A stretch of 64,000 nt of DNA from Deltaproteobacteria bacterium. GTDB taxonomy: Bacteria > Desulfobacterota > Dissulfuribacteria > Dissulfuribacterales > UBA3076. The stretch spans positions 13,543 to 77,542 of the forward strand of contig JAGYNZ010000002.1 of NCBI GenBank assembly GCA_018399745.1, given 5' to 3'. The position numbers were made by a program, and so were the translations under genes. A model generated the notes under the pieces. That model saw nothing but the letters and a program-made list of their open reading frames with translations, searched no databases and was not told where the DNA came from. Below, piece by piece: positions 27,994-37,200 of the stretch. Every line of letters begins with the position of its first letter. Within the stretch, counting starts at the first letter, position 1.

Positions 27994-28791
27994 TTACTTA
28001 ACCAGGTTGTGCGCATCTAAATGACAATCCAGACAATTCGGCATTGCCTTATGCTGTGCTGGCGAATGTGGTTTGCCGTGGCATGTCTCACACTGAGGGA
28101 TAAAAGCATGGACTTCCTTGTGACAGAATGCGCAGGTAAAGGTCTTATGCGCCGTGTCGGTCTGGTTCATGAGATCGCCAACTCCCTCGTGGCATGGCGT
28201 ACAGTAAGACCTTGGTGTTTCATCAGCATAATGGATTACCAGTGGCTTATGTACAGGGTGACATCCCAGACAATCCGTTGTTGTCTGACCCTGTGTGTGC
28301 GGCTCATGACACACAGAGCAGTCGGGGATTTCCCCGTGAGCGGTATGACAGAAAGTACAGGCTACCTCTGTGTGCTTGCTTGGATGGTCCTGAAGTTCCT
28401 GGCCCTGTTCGGGGTGACAGGTCAGACAGGCCGCGGTGATATTGTCATCGAGTTGTAATGCCAGGGGCTGGTGCGGGTCGGAATGGCAGGAAAGACAATT
28501 AGCTAATTCATAGTGTACCTTTCCTGAATGGCACATGGAACACTGCGGAATCGTTTCTGTCCCCAGTGGCGGGTGTTCTCTGTGGCAATCCAGACACCCC
28601 ACAGCCGTCTTGTGGAGGCCGCCGTTCTGCTCTACACTTGCAGATTCTGCCTTGTGACATTTTATACAGTCGGAATTTTGAAGGCTTACGACATTCTGCG
28701 CCAGGGCAAAAGCGCTGAATGCAGTAACAGTTGTTGCAGATAAAAAGAATGTATTTATAATTTTAATAAACGTTGCAGTTTTGTTTTTCAT
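27994..28791 (-). CDS. dodecahaem cytochrome c (polymeric c7-type), secreted
   Basis: Twelve CxxCH motifs in 265 aa: CIKCH, CLDCH, CSMCH, CLSCH, CLTCH, CTFCH, CSVCH, CLGCH, CTPCH, CAFCH, CETCH, CLDCH. Signal peptide ...AFSAFALA. Confidence 0.9.
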   Translation of the reverse strand: MKNKTATFIKIINTFFLSATTVTAFSAFALAQNVVSLQNSDCIKCHKAESASVEQNGGLHKTAVGCLDCHREHPPLGTETIPQCSMCHSGKVHYELANCLSCHSDPHQPLALQLDDNITAACLTCHPEQGQELQDHPSKHTEVACTFCHTAHGEIPDCSVCHEPHTQGQTTTDCLGCHPVHKPLVIHYADETPRSYCTPCHEGVGDLMNQTDTAHKTFTCAFCHKEVHAFIPQCETCHGKPHSPAQHKAMPNCLDCHLDAHNLVK

Positions 28792-29090
28792 CCCTCAGCA
28801 CACCTTCCTCAACCGGGACCTTTTGTGTTGACAGATCCCAAAAATTGAATTTTCATTCAGTCCTGTTGCAGATTATATCCCCTCATGGCAAAACGATGAA
28901 TCAAACAGACCCTCTCACTCTTCAGAAAACACTTCCACCGCGTATTAAAACGGCATATTCTAATCCAATAATTAATACCATCTATTATCCCACCCATTCA
29001 AATAGCAAACCACCCCTCTATTTGTCAAGTAATAACTTCTACCACCACTTAATATTTGCAGCTTAATAATTGCATCGAGCGTCAACGCAT

Positions 29091-29124
29091 AAAAAAATCC
29101 CCGGGCGGTTTTCCCGGGGATTTT
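29091..29124 (-). terminator. rho-independent terminator of the PEP-CTERM gene
   Basis: On the minus strand: TCCCCGGG, 7-nt loop AAAACCG, CCCGGGGA, followed by TTTTTTT. It lies 33 nt downstream of the stop at 29157. Confidence 0.8.
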
Positions 29125-29156
29125 ACAGTAAAATAACTGTTATGTCTTGATTATGT

Positions 29157-29999
29157 CTATCCGATTTTTTTGTTAAATCTCTTGCGACCAAAGGCGATCA
29201 TGCCGAAGAGACCTGTACCTACCAGCAATACAGTGGCAGGTTCGGGGACCGGGGCGCTGCCTTGGCCCATAAGCACATCGTTGCCGCATTCCATAGTAAA
29301 ATGTGCAGTAAAGTCCTGTAAATCAGCCTCGGCATTTATAAGATCACAGAGATCTATGGCTACGGCGTTGTGTGTTCCACCCTGAAGACCGCCCACATCA
29401 TCATTAACCAGGCCGGTGTGATATGTAAAATCGTAGTTCCCCACAAGTTCACCGCCAGATGTTAAGGCTACTGGATTTGCAAAATTATTCTGACCATAAT
29501 AAGCCACGCTTGTTGTTACAGGATCATCTATTGGAGAATCATCTAATTTATAGACATCGTAATCAAATGTATAGAATTTGCTATTATTAAGGGTGCCAAA
29601 GTTAAGATGAAGTGCGTATTCATAGCCAAATCTAGACCCATCATCGGATCCATAGTCTCCGTCCGTGTCGATAAAGATATCCCCTGAATTGAAACGTACT
29701 CCATTTCCTACTTCACCTTCTGCAAAATTATAACCGCCCACCATGGTCAGCATTGTACCATCAAGGAAAAAACCTTCCAGATCCCACATTTGCCCTGTAA
29801 CACAACCGGGTTCAACCTCCTGGTCTTCTTTTTCGGTATTCCACCAGGCATTATAAGTAGTATTAGTGCTGCCGGCACGGACTCCGTCGTACATGGTTAT
29901 GTCAGTTCCCAGAGGGATTGCAGAGACAATTCCTGTAGTGCCCAAAACCATTAAAATGGAAAATAAAAAGATTTCTAACGACCTTTTCGTACTCTTCAT
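29157..29999 (-). CDS. PEP-CTERM sorting-domain protein
   Basis: N-terminal signal peptide. The C-terminus VPEPATVLLVGTGLFGMIAFGRKRFNKK is the PEP motif, a TM helix and a basic tail (exosortase substrate signature). The body of the protein is unrecognised. Confidence 0.85.
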   Translation of the reverse strand: MKSTKRSLEIFLFSILMVLGTTGIVSAIPLGTDITMYDGVRAGSTNTTYNAWWNTEKEDQEVEPGCVTGQMWDLEGFFLDGTMLTMVGGYNFAEGEVGNGVRFNSGDIFIDTDGDYGSDDGSRFGYEYALHLNFGTLNNSKFYTFDYDVYKLDDSPIDDPVTTSVAYYGQNNFANPVALTSGGELVGNYDFTYHTGLVNDDVGGLQGGTHNAVAIDLCDLINAEADLQDFTAHFTMECGNDVLMGQGSAPVPEPATVLLVGTGLFGMIAFGRKRFNKKIG

Positions 30000-30052
30000 T
30001 TTTATCTCCTTTCTTCTTGGAATTAGAATTCCAAAATTCTATTGTATATACA

Positions 30053-30067
30053 GCAATAATAATGCCA
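30053..30067 (-). promoter_or_regulatory. sigma-54 (-24/-12) promoter
   Basis: The minus strand reads TGGCATTATTATTGC (then T) against the consensus TGGCAC-N5-TTGCW, with exact GG/GC spacing. It lies about 54 nt upstream of ATG 29999. Confidence 0.6.
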
Positions 30068-30435
30068 TATTTTCAAGTTACTGATTTTCTTAATATTTTA
30101 TAAAAATGTTGTTGGTATAGATTTGAGTGGTGTAAAGAATTCCGACAGTGTTTTGTGACAGGAATTACTATACTTTTATCCCGCTAAATTAAATAATTTA
30201 CTGTAATCATGGATAAAAAAATGAAATTGTCAAAAACAGGTCGAAATTTTATGGCAATTCTACTAAAAATGGTGTCGAAATTCTTTACAGTTTTTAGAGG
30301 CATTTGGGGGTTCTCAATCAGGATAAACTGTTCACTTCATACCTGACTGGCGAAGTTTGTATTCGGCCGTACATGAGGATTTTGAGGTGCGGCAACTATC
30401 AAATCCCAGCGGTAATTTTCAGGGAACCTGCGATT

Positions 30436-32547
30436 TCACGTACTGTTAAAATTTCCGACACCTTGAGATAGCGGCAGTTTCAAGATAAATCGCGCTCCGC
30501 CTTCGGCCGTATTTTCTGCTGATATGTATCCATTGAGGCCTGCCATGAGCTGCCTTACCTGCCACAGGCCGATACCGCTGCCTTTGGGCTTGCTGGTCTT
30601 GAAGGGTTCGAACAGGGCATGGGGCAACAACTCCTGCGGAATTCCAGGACCGTTGTCAATAATCTCAATTATTGCCTGCTTGCGACCATATTCCCTGTTT
30701 GTCTTTATCTGCACCTCCGTTCCATCACCGCCTGCCTCCAGGACGTTAAGCAGCAGATTTTCCAAAATACTGGATAATAGTCCAGAATCAGTGTGTGCAT
30801 GTATTTCGCCCTGACAGTCGAGGCTGATTTTCAGGGCACCCATCTTCTTTCCCAAATGCCGGCAGCGGTCTTTAAGAAAATGACAGAGTTCCAATTCCTC
30901 CCATGCAGGCGCGCTTTCCCCCTTGAGCGCCCTTAAACGGTCCTGCACCTTGGCCATACGTTTCAGTGCATCATCAATGGCCTTCAGCATATCCTGCTGA
31001 AATTCGGGTTCATGGATATAATCCGGGGCATTATCCCTTATCAGAGAGAGCATGGTAGCCGCATTCTTGACATCGTGGAGGACAAAGGCCGAAAGCCGGT
31101 CCCATGCCTCTTTTTCACGGGTATGGGCAAGTTGCTCCGCCATGCGCACAGCCAGCAGGGCGGAAGCCGCCTGAGTTCCCAGGGCTGTCAAAAGGTCAAA
31201 ATCATCCTGGCCGTATCGTCCTCCAGTGAATTCAGGCCCGATGCCGATAAACCCGACGAGCTGGTCACCGATGAAAAGCGGTGTCACTAATACCAGATTT
31301 AACTTTTCCAGGAAGCCCTTCTTTTTAGCCAATGTCTCTTTCCAGACATTATCGGGTTCGTCTTCCCCAAGGTGAAAATAAGGATGGGTCTCCAGGAATC
31401 GGACCAGTGGATCATCCGGAGAAAGGATATATTCATCGGTTTTGCCATTTTGATTCCCCTCGAGGGAAATTGTTCTATAGCCACGTTCCCTGTCCCCCAG
31501 CCATATAATCAGTTTGGTCGTATAGAGACTGTCTGTCAGGACCCGGTGCAGGGCCTTTACCACCTCTGTTTCGGTTAATGCTCCCTGAAGCCGACGAGAA
31601 AGGGCCAGCCATTCGTCCCGATATTCATATTTGTTGACATAAAAATGTGTACTGATAAAAAAATGCACCCGTCTGCGCAGCTTTCCGGAACAGGCAAAGA
31701 TGCCGAGGGCAACCAACCCCAGGGCCAGAAACAGCCAGCGCAGGACAAAGGGGAGTTCCAGCCCGCAGGTTCGCATGATCAGAGAGCTAATTCCAAGGAC
31801 CAAAAGATAAACAGCAAATACTAAGGGGGTGACAAAGGAATAGACAACCTTTCTGGATACGAACATCTTGCGGTTCAACAGCCGATGGCGGGCTACTGCG
31901 TATGACATCAGAGACCAGGAAAGGATTAGAAGCGCAGCGAGCAGAAATAAATGGTCGGGAATAAGACGAAAGTATGTAAGCCGGTAGGATGTCGCCCAGC
32001 AAAGTGTTGCGCAGACCAGGAAGCTTCCGACTATCAGGAATTTATACTCCCATCGATATGCAGGCGTCAGTGCGCGCCAGAATTCCTCCAGGCGCCAGGC
32101 CGCAAACAGCATGGCTGTCAGGATAAAAATGGAATAAAAATATAGAGGATCATAGAGGTCAAAGATCAGGATGCCGTCTACTACCAGGAACAAGGAATTA
32201 TAGACCAGGCAATAATAGGACAATCCAGCTATCAGCGTCCCCACAGAGATCTCAGTATAAAAAGAGAGCCGGGAACCTGTGTTTGCAGCAACGGTTGCTT
32301 TACGCAACCGATAGGCCACATTAAACCATATAAGGGTAAAGACAATTTCTGAAAAAAGGACCGCTGAAATCACAGGCGGTTCCAGATTATAGGCCAAATA
32401 GATATATTCTCCGGCCAGCAGGGGCAGGCTCAGCAGGGATTGCACCAGAGACAGGGAAAACAGGCGCTCTCCGGTTTTCAGCTGAATGGCAAAGAGGCAG
32501 GAGAGTAAGAGTAACAGATTCAGGGCGTAAAAGAGATGGATCATCAT
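30436..32547 (-). CDS. prsK: PrsK-like (XrtA/PEP-CTERM system) sensor histidine kinase
   Basis: 703 aa. The N-terminal ~300 aa hold about 8-10 TM segments, followed by a GAF-like region, the H-box FVLHDVKNAATML and an HATPase domain (NLLLNVLEA...DNGPGIP...GSGIGL). This architecture matches the PEP-CTERM system kinase family. Confidence 0.65.
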   Translation of the reverse strand: MMIHLFYALNLLLLLSCLFAIQLKTGERLFSLSLVQSLLSLPLLAGEYIYLAYNLEPPVISAVLFSEIVFTLIWFNVAYRLRKATVAANTGSRLSFYTEISVGTLIAGLSYYCLVYNSLFLVVDGILIFDLYDPLYFYSIFILTAMLFAAWRLEEFWRALTPAYRWEYKFLIVGSFLVCATLCWATSYRLTYFRLIPDHLFLLAALLILSWSLMSYAVARHRLLNRKMFVSRKVVYSFVTPLVFAVYLLVLGISSLIMRTCGLELPFVLRWLFLALGLVALGIFACSGKLRRRVHFFISTHFYVNKYEYRDEWLALSRRLQGALTETEVVKALHRVLTDSLYTTKLIIWLGDRERGYRTISLEGNQNGKTDEYILSPDDPLVRFLETHPYFHLGEDEPDNVWKETLAKKKGFLEKLNLVLVTPLFIGDQLVGFIGIGPEFTGGRYGQDDFDLLTALGTQAASALLAVRMAEQLAHTREKEAWDRLSAFVLHDVKNAATMLSLIRDNAPDYIHEPEFQQDMLKAIDDALKRMAKVQDRLRALKGESAPAWEELELCHFLKDRCRHLGKKMGALKISLDCQGEIHAHTDSGLLSSILENLLLNVLEAGGDGTEVQIKTNREYGRKQAIIEIIDNGPGIPQELLPHALFEPFKTSKPKGSGIGLWQVRQLMAGLNGYISAENTAEGGARFILKLPLSQGVGNFNST

Positions 32548-32790
32548 GGAAGCCGCCTGAAATGCCGAAAGTTGTCTAAAATGCCCAGGATTGAGATAAA
32601 TTTGGCATTATTCACGGCTATTCATGATGAGGATCTTACAAAAAGTCGAGACGTACTCTGGTTGATGTACAATCTTGAAACAGCCGATTCTCTGAAGGCA
32701 TAAATCCTATCCTACACAGTTACCTGCCTATGTCGCAGAGCTACAAAATTATGTCTGACCAGGGGCTATAAGCCGAGAGTATTTGATGTC

Positions 32791-34721
32791 TTACGGCACA
32801 ACAAAATAGGTCATCCAGAAATAATAATCGTCCAGATCCAGATCGCCTGCGGCTGTCACCAAGAGATAGAGTTCATATGCCCCCGAAGGCCATGTTGAAA
32901 CCGGGATATCCCCATACAGCGATTCATCTATGTCTCCCCATCCTGAACTTATCCAGGGTACAAGCCCGGATGACAGCAACTGAAAGCCCAGATTCGGCTT
33001 AACTATAAACACATCAGGATTTATTACCGGTGCATATATACCCAGGTATAGGTCAACAGCCCCTGAAAAAGGGGGTAGCCCAACCTGCAGGCTCAATACT
33101 CCACCTAAGACATCGCCCACTGCGAACGGCTTGCAAAGGCCTGCTCCCGGATTTTTTACAGGGGCCTCCACGGGGAAATATGGATATATATTCGATCCTG
33201 ACGGCAAAGGCAGTGCAAACACAGGAATACCAAGGGCGCCGAAATCAGCTGTTACCGACTTGTCGGAATCCATTGTCAGTAACATATTCCGGAGCCTGAA
33301 CAGTCTCCTGACCATTCGATGAACTGGGAAGTATAATCAGTACCGTCAATGGGCGTGGCCGTAAGAGCAACGGATTCGCCGGTGGCAAAATCATTACTGC
33401 ACGTCATAGTCAATGTAATATTACCGCTTGTACAGTCTATCCCTGCGGGAGTACTTAAGACATTGCCTGAACCGTTGATTGTAATGTCAAGTGTGTACTG
33501 TGCTTCTACCCATGGTGCATCAAAATAAAGGCCGTTTCTCCCTGAATAGGAGAAAACCACTCCCCCTCCAGTGGCTGATGCGCCAGGCGAATAAATTATT
33601 CTGGGGGCAACGTCTTCCGGCCAGGGTTGAACATCCTGATCGTTTACCACCTGACTGCCTCTCCAGCTGGATGGATCACCGGTGGATGCATACGTCCATA
33701 CAGCGTCAGTTCCCAGTAACGGATCATCTTTAATATAGACCATGTCTACCCACTGGTTCGGATAACCTTTATAGAACCTGATGTCCGCAATATATTCATC
33801 AATGCCGTCAACCGCGGATACAGTATATTCCGCTGGGTCCCAGGTCTGCCCTGCATCGGGACTGTATCTGAAATGGAGGTCTATCTCATGCCCTCCACGG
33901 TCACGGTTGTACAGCACCCAGACACCCGAATCATCAACATTGGCGGCAGCAACACGGGGATCGTAGTCTTTGAAGACATTGTCGGTCAGACGTGTTTTGA
34001 TATCCCACATGCCGCCACTGGCAGGCAACCTGAAGAAAGTTATCTCTGCAGGCGAGGCATACTCTAAACCGGCATAGGTCCAGAACAGGTGATCCGAAGA
34101 GCCCGGACCATAAGCCAGGCTTTGTCTCTTGTCACCACCGGACCAGGACCAGTTTACCATTGGATTCCATGTCTGCCCATTGTCATCCGAATATCTTACA
34201 TATTGATTGTCGCCATTCGATGTACCATCCATCCAGGTCACGAAAATCCTGTCGTCATTTATGTTCTGCGTTATATCAAAACTGCCCTCAAGAACAGGCC
34301 CTGTGGCTACTACGGTATGATAGGGATCATAAACATCCAGAGGGACTCTCATCGAGATGAGGTTTTCATTGCTGTTTACAAAGAACACATCCAGGCCCTT
34401 AGGCGAATCATCATAAAGAAGCCTGATTCTCTCAAGGTCAGTTCGCAAAGCAGCACCTTCCGGTCTGTTTGTTCCAAAGGTCGTCAACTGACTCCAGGTC
34501 TTACCGTGATTGCTTGACCGGTATACACGGATAAGATGTTCTCCCGCTTGCTGAAAGGCTACATACATGTCGCCTGTATTCACATTATAATCTACATCAA
34601 AACAGTTTACTGTCCCTTCGTTCCAGATCGGAATGTCAGGACCCCAACAAAATACCGACTGAGACGATACCAAGATCATTGCCGTTGCCATTGCCATTGC
34701 CAAAATGCTTGTCTTTTTCAA
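32791..34721 (-). pseudogene. secreted BNR/Asp-box beta-propeller protein with B-repeat and C-terminal domain, split by a frameshift
   Basis: ORF 33276-34721 has a signal peptide and Asp-boxes (SSNHGKTW, SDDNGQTW, SPDAGQTW), then a B-repeat ending ...WSGDCSGSGICY*. The expected continuation ...LTMDSDKSVTADF is in the -1 frame, in ORF 32791-33315, which has no signal peptide or Shine-Dalgarno sequence of its own. Confidence 0.7.
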
Positions 34722-35002
34722 GATTTATCCCCCTGTGTTCAAGTAATGCGGCTGATGGGAATCAATAACCTGATTTCGTAATAAAGATTACCTTGCAAGG
34801 ACTTCTAATGTCAAGGGATACAAAAAAAGGCGATTCCGGAACGTGGTTGATCATTTTCTAAGCCTATAAAAAATTGCGTGGAATTTTATGTATTTTGTAC
34901 ATTGGTGAATTGGATTTTTTTGGGCATGAATGTTACATTCCCTGCTTATATTTAATGTATTATGGTTTTGGTTGACGATAAATAAAAAAACGGAAAAGGA
35001 AG

Positions 35003-35611
35003 ATGGAATCGACAATCAAGGTCTTTGAAAGGCCGTTTGAGGAACTCCTGGAGGAATCTGTCCGAATCCACGGGCATCTGTGTGCCGGCCAGGTCCTTGG
35101 TGTACGGCTCGCCATAATGGGGTTGCGTCTGATTGGTATATCTGATCCGAAGGGTCAGGATCGTAAATCTTTTATGGTCTATGTAGAGATTGACCGTTGC
35201 GCGACCGATGCCATACAGTCAGTGACCGGTTGTTCTCTGGGCAAACGTTCTCTGAGATGGGTGGATTACGGGATAATGGCTGCAACCTTTATTAACCTGA
35301 AGACCGGTAAGGCATTCAGAATAGTTGCCAGAGAAGAGTCAAGAGAACTTTCACGGAAATATTGCCCGGAAATTAAGGACAAATACAGGCGTCAATTAAA
35401 GGCCTATAAGCTGATGAGCGATAATGAGCTCTTCAGGGTGCAGGAGGTGGGACTGGAAGTGCCTGTCTTCGACCTGCCGGGAAGACCAGTCAACAGGGTA
35501 CAGTGCGAGGCCTGCGGTGACTATGTTCAGGACTGCAGGGAAGTGAAGACCAAAGACGGCAAGGTGCTGTGTCGGGCCTGCGCGCACGGTGCCTACTATA
35601 AAATTTTGTGA
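35003..35611 (+). CDS. FmdE-family protein with C-terminal zinc ribbon
   Basis: HGHLCAGQVLGVR...DRCATDAIQSVTGCSLGKR is the FmdE core. The C-terminus CEACGDY...CRAC is the zinc ribbon. Confidence 0.8.
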   Translation: MESTIKVFERPFEELLEESVRIHGHLCAGQVLGVRLAIMGLRLIGISDPKGQDRKSFMVYVEIDRCATDAIQSVTGCSLGKRSLRWVDYGIMAATFINLKTGKAFRIVAREESRELSRKYCPEIKDKYRRQLKAYKLMSDNELFRVQEVGLEVPVFDLPGRPVNRVQCEACGDYVQDCREVKTKDGKVLCRACAHGAYYKIL

Positions 35612-35630
35612 GAGATTCCAAGGTGTAAGA

Positions 35631-36662
35631 ATGGGCCTAAAGGTGGTTCCTGTAAACAAGGCCGTGGGGATGGTTCTTCCCCATGATATGACCGAGATAA
35701 TCCCTGGCAGGGAAAAAGGGCCTGCTTTCAGGAAAGGACATGTGATTAAGGACAGTGACATACCCCATTTGAGGCGCATGGGGAAAAATCACATCTACGT
35801 GCTGGAATTCTCAGGGCATGAACTGCATGAAGATGAAGCAGCACTGACCATGGCACACGCCATAGCAGGCCCGGGCATTGAATATGGCAGTCAACCGTCT
35901 GAAGGTAAAATCTGTTTTCATGCAGGGATAGACGGCCTGTTGCAGGTGGACCGGCAGCAGTTGTTGGCATTTAACCTCCTTGGAGAGGTCATGCTGGCTA
36001 CTTGTCATAACAACACAGTGGTCAAAAAGGGTGATCTTGTGGCTGCGGGCAGGGCAATACCACTTGTGGTGCCCAAGCCGCTGGTTTTTGAGGCGGTATC
36101 TATTGCATCGGTTGGCGGGGGGCTCATCGCGGTCCTTCCTTGGAAAATTAGCAGGGCAGCCGTTTTAGTTACGGGTCAAGAGGTGTTTGATGGCCACATA
36201 AAGGACGCCTTTGGTCCGATAATAAAGGAAAAACTTCAAAAATACGGTGTGGATGTATTGTCATTTTCTTTGCTCCCGGACGATATCGAGATAATCCCGG
36301 GAGAGATAAAGAAAGCCATCGGGCTGGGAGCCGAATTGATATTATGTGCAGGCGGGATGTCGGTTGATCCGGATGACGTGACCCCCATGGCAATCAGTGA
36401 GGCCGGTGCACAAGACATCGTGTATGGAAGTCCGGTTTTGCCCGGGGCCATGTTTCTGGTTAGCTATATTGGAGATGTGCCTGTCCTTGGAATTCCGGCC
36501 TGTGCCATATATTACCATACAACCATCCTGGACCTGATGCTTCCCAGAATATTGGCAGGGGAACACATAGACCGGGAAAAGATTGCGGCCCTGGGCCATG
36601 GTGGACTATGTTTTAACTGTAAGAAGTGTAATTATCCATTTTGCCCTTTTGGTAAAGGTTGA
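35631..36662 (+). CDS. molybdopterin-binding (MoCF-biosynthesis/MoeA-like domain) protein
   Basis: VLVTGQEVFDGHIKDAFGPIIKEKL...ILCAGGMSVDPDDVTP is a MoCF_biosynth-type domain. C-terminal Cys cluster CFNCKKCNYPFCPFG. ATG 35631 is preferred over the ORF-track start at 35589. Confidence 0.65.
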   Translation: MGLKVVPVNKAVGMVLPHDMTEIIPGREKGPAFRKGHVIKDSDIPHLRRMGKNHIYVLEFSGHELHEDEAALTMAHAIAGPGIEYGSQPSEGKICFHAGIDGLLQVDRQQLLAFNLLGEVMLATCHNNTVVKKGDLVAAGRAIPLVVPKPLVFEAVSIASVGGGLIAVLPWKISRAAVLVTGQEVFDGHIKDAFGPIIKEKLQKYGVDVLSFSLLPDDIEIIPGEIKKAIGLGAELILCAGGMSVDPDDVTPMAISEAGAQDIVYGSPVLPGAMFLVSYIGDVPVLGIPACAIYYHTTILDLMLPRILAGEHIDREKIAALGHGGLCFNCKKCNYPFCPFGKG

Positions 36663-36674
36663 AAAAAACAGGGA

Positions 36675-36707
36675 ATCCTTCACGTCAAGTCAAAAGTAGT
36701 TTAGACT
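36675..36707 (+). repeat. 33-nt dispersed element, copy 2 (promoter-like)
   Basis: ATCCTTCACGTCAAGTCAAAAGTAGTTTAGACT is 30/33 identical to 24622-24654. Same orientation, about 185 nt upstream of yggT. Confidence 0.7.
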
Positions 36708-36891
36708 ATATTATTATATTTAAAATTATAAATGAGCGCTGATAAATCGAATTGTTGCCCAATTTATAATGTCGAGTTTACGGCTTTGACAACATCAGAC
36801 AGTTCGATAATACAGCTTTTTTGAGTAAAAACGCTGAGCTGCATGAGCAGAACAGTCTTCTAATCCATAATTTTGTAAGGATATCAATAAT

Positions 36892-37191
36892 ATGTTTATA
36901 TTAAGTAATTTCATGCATTCCCTCGCCACTGTTGTCGATATTGTGCTAAATCTCTATATCTGGATATTGATTGCCAGGGCCGTATTATCCTGGGTTAACC
37001 CTGATCCCTATAATCCTATAGTAAAATTTCTGTATAATATAACCGAACCTTTAATGTACCGGGTTCGGCGTATATTCCCTTTACAGTTCGGGGGAGTAGA
37101 TTTAACCCCTATGGTAATCATCCTTGCAATAATCTTTTTGCGCAGCTTTATCGTACCAACGCTTCATCAGTTGGCCAATCAAATTGCTTAG
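36892..37191 (+). CDS. yggT: YggT family membrane protein
   Basis: 99 aa with two TM segments. ILIARAVLSWVNPDPYNPIVKFLYNITEPLMYRVRR is a typical YggT sequence. Confidence 0.85.
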   Translation: MFILSNFMHSLATVVDIVLNLYIWILIARAVLSWVNPDPYNPIVKFLYNITEPLMYRVRRIFPLQFGGVDLTPMVIILAIIFLRSFIVPTLHQLANQIA

Positions 37192-37200
37192 AGGTAGCAT

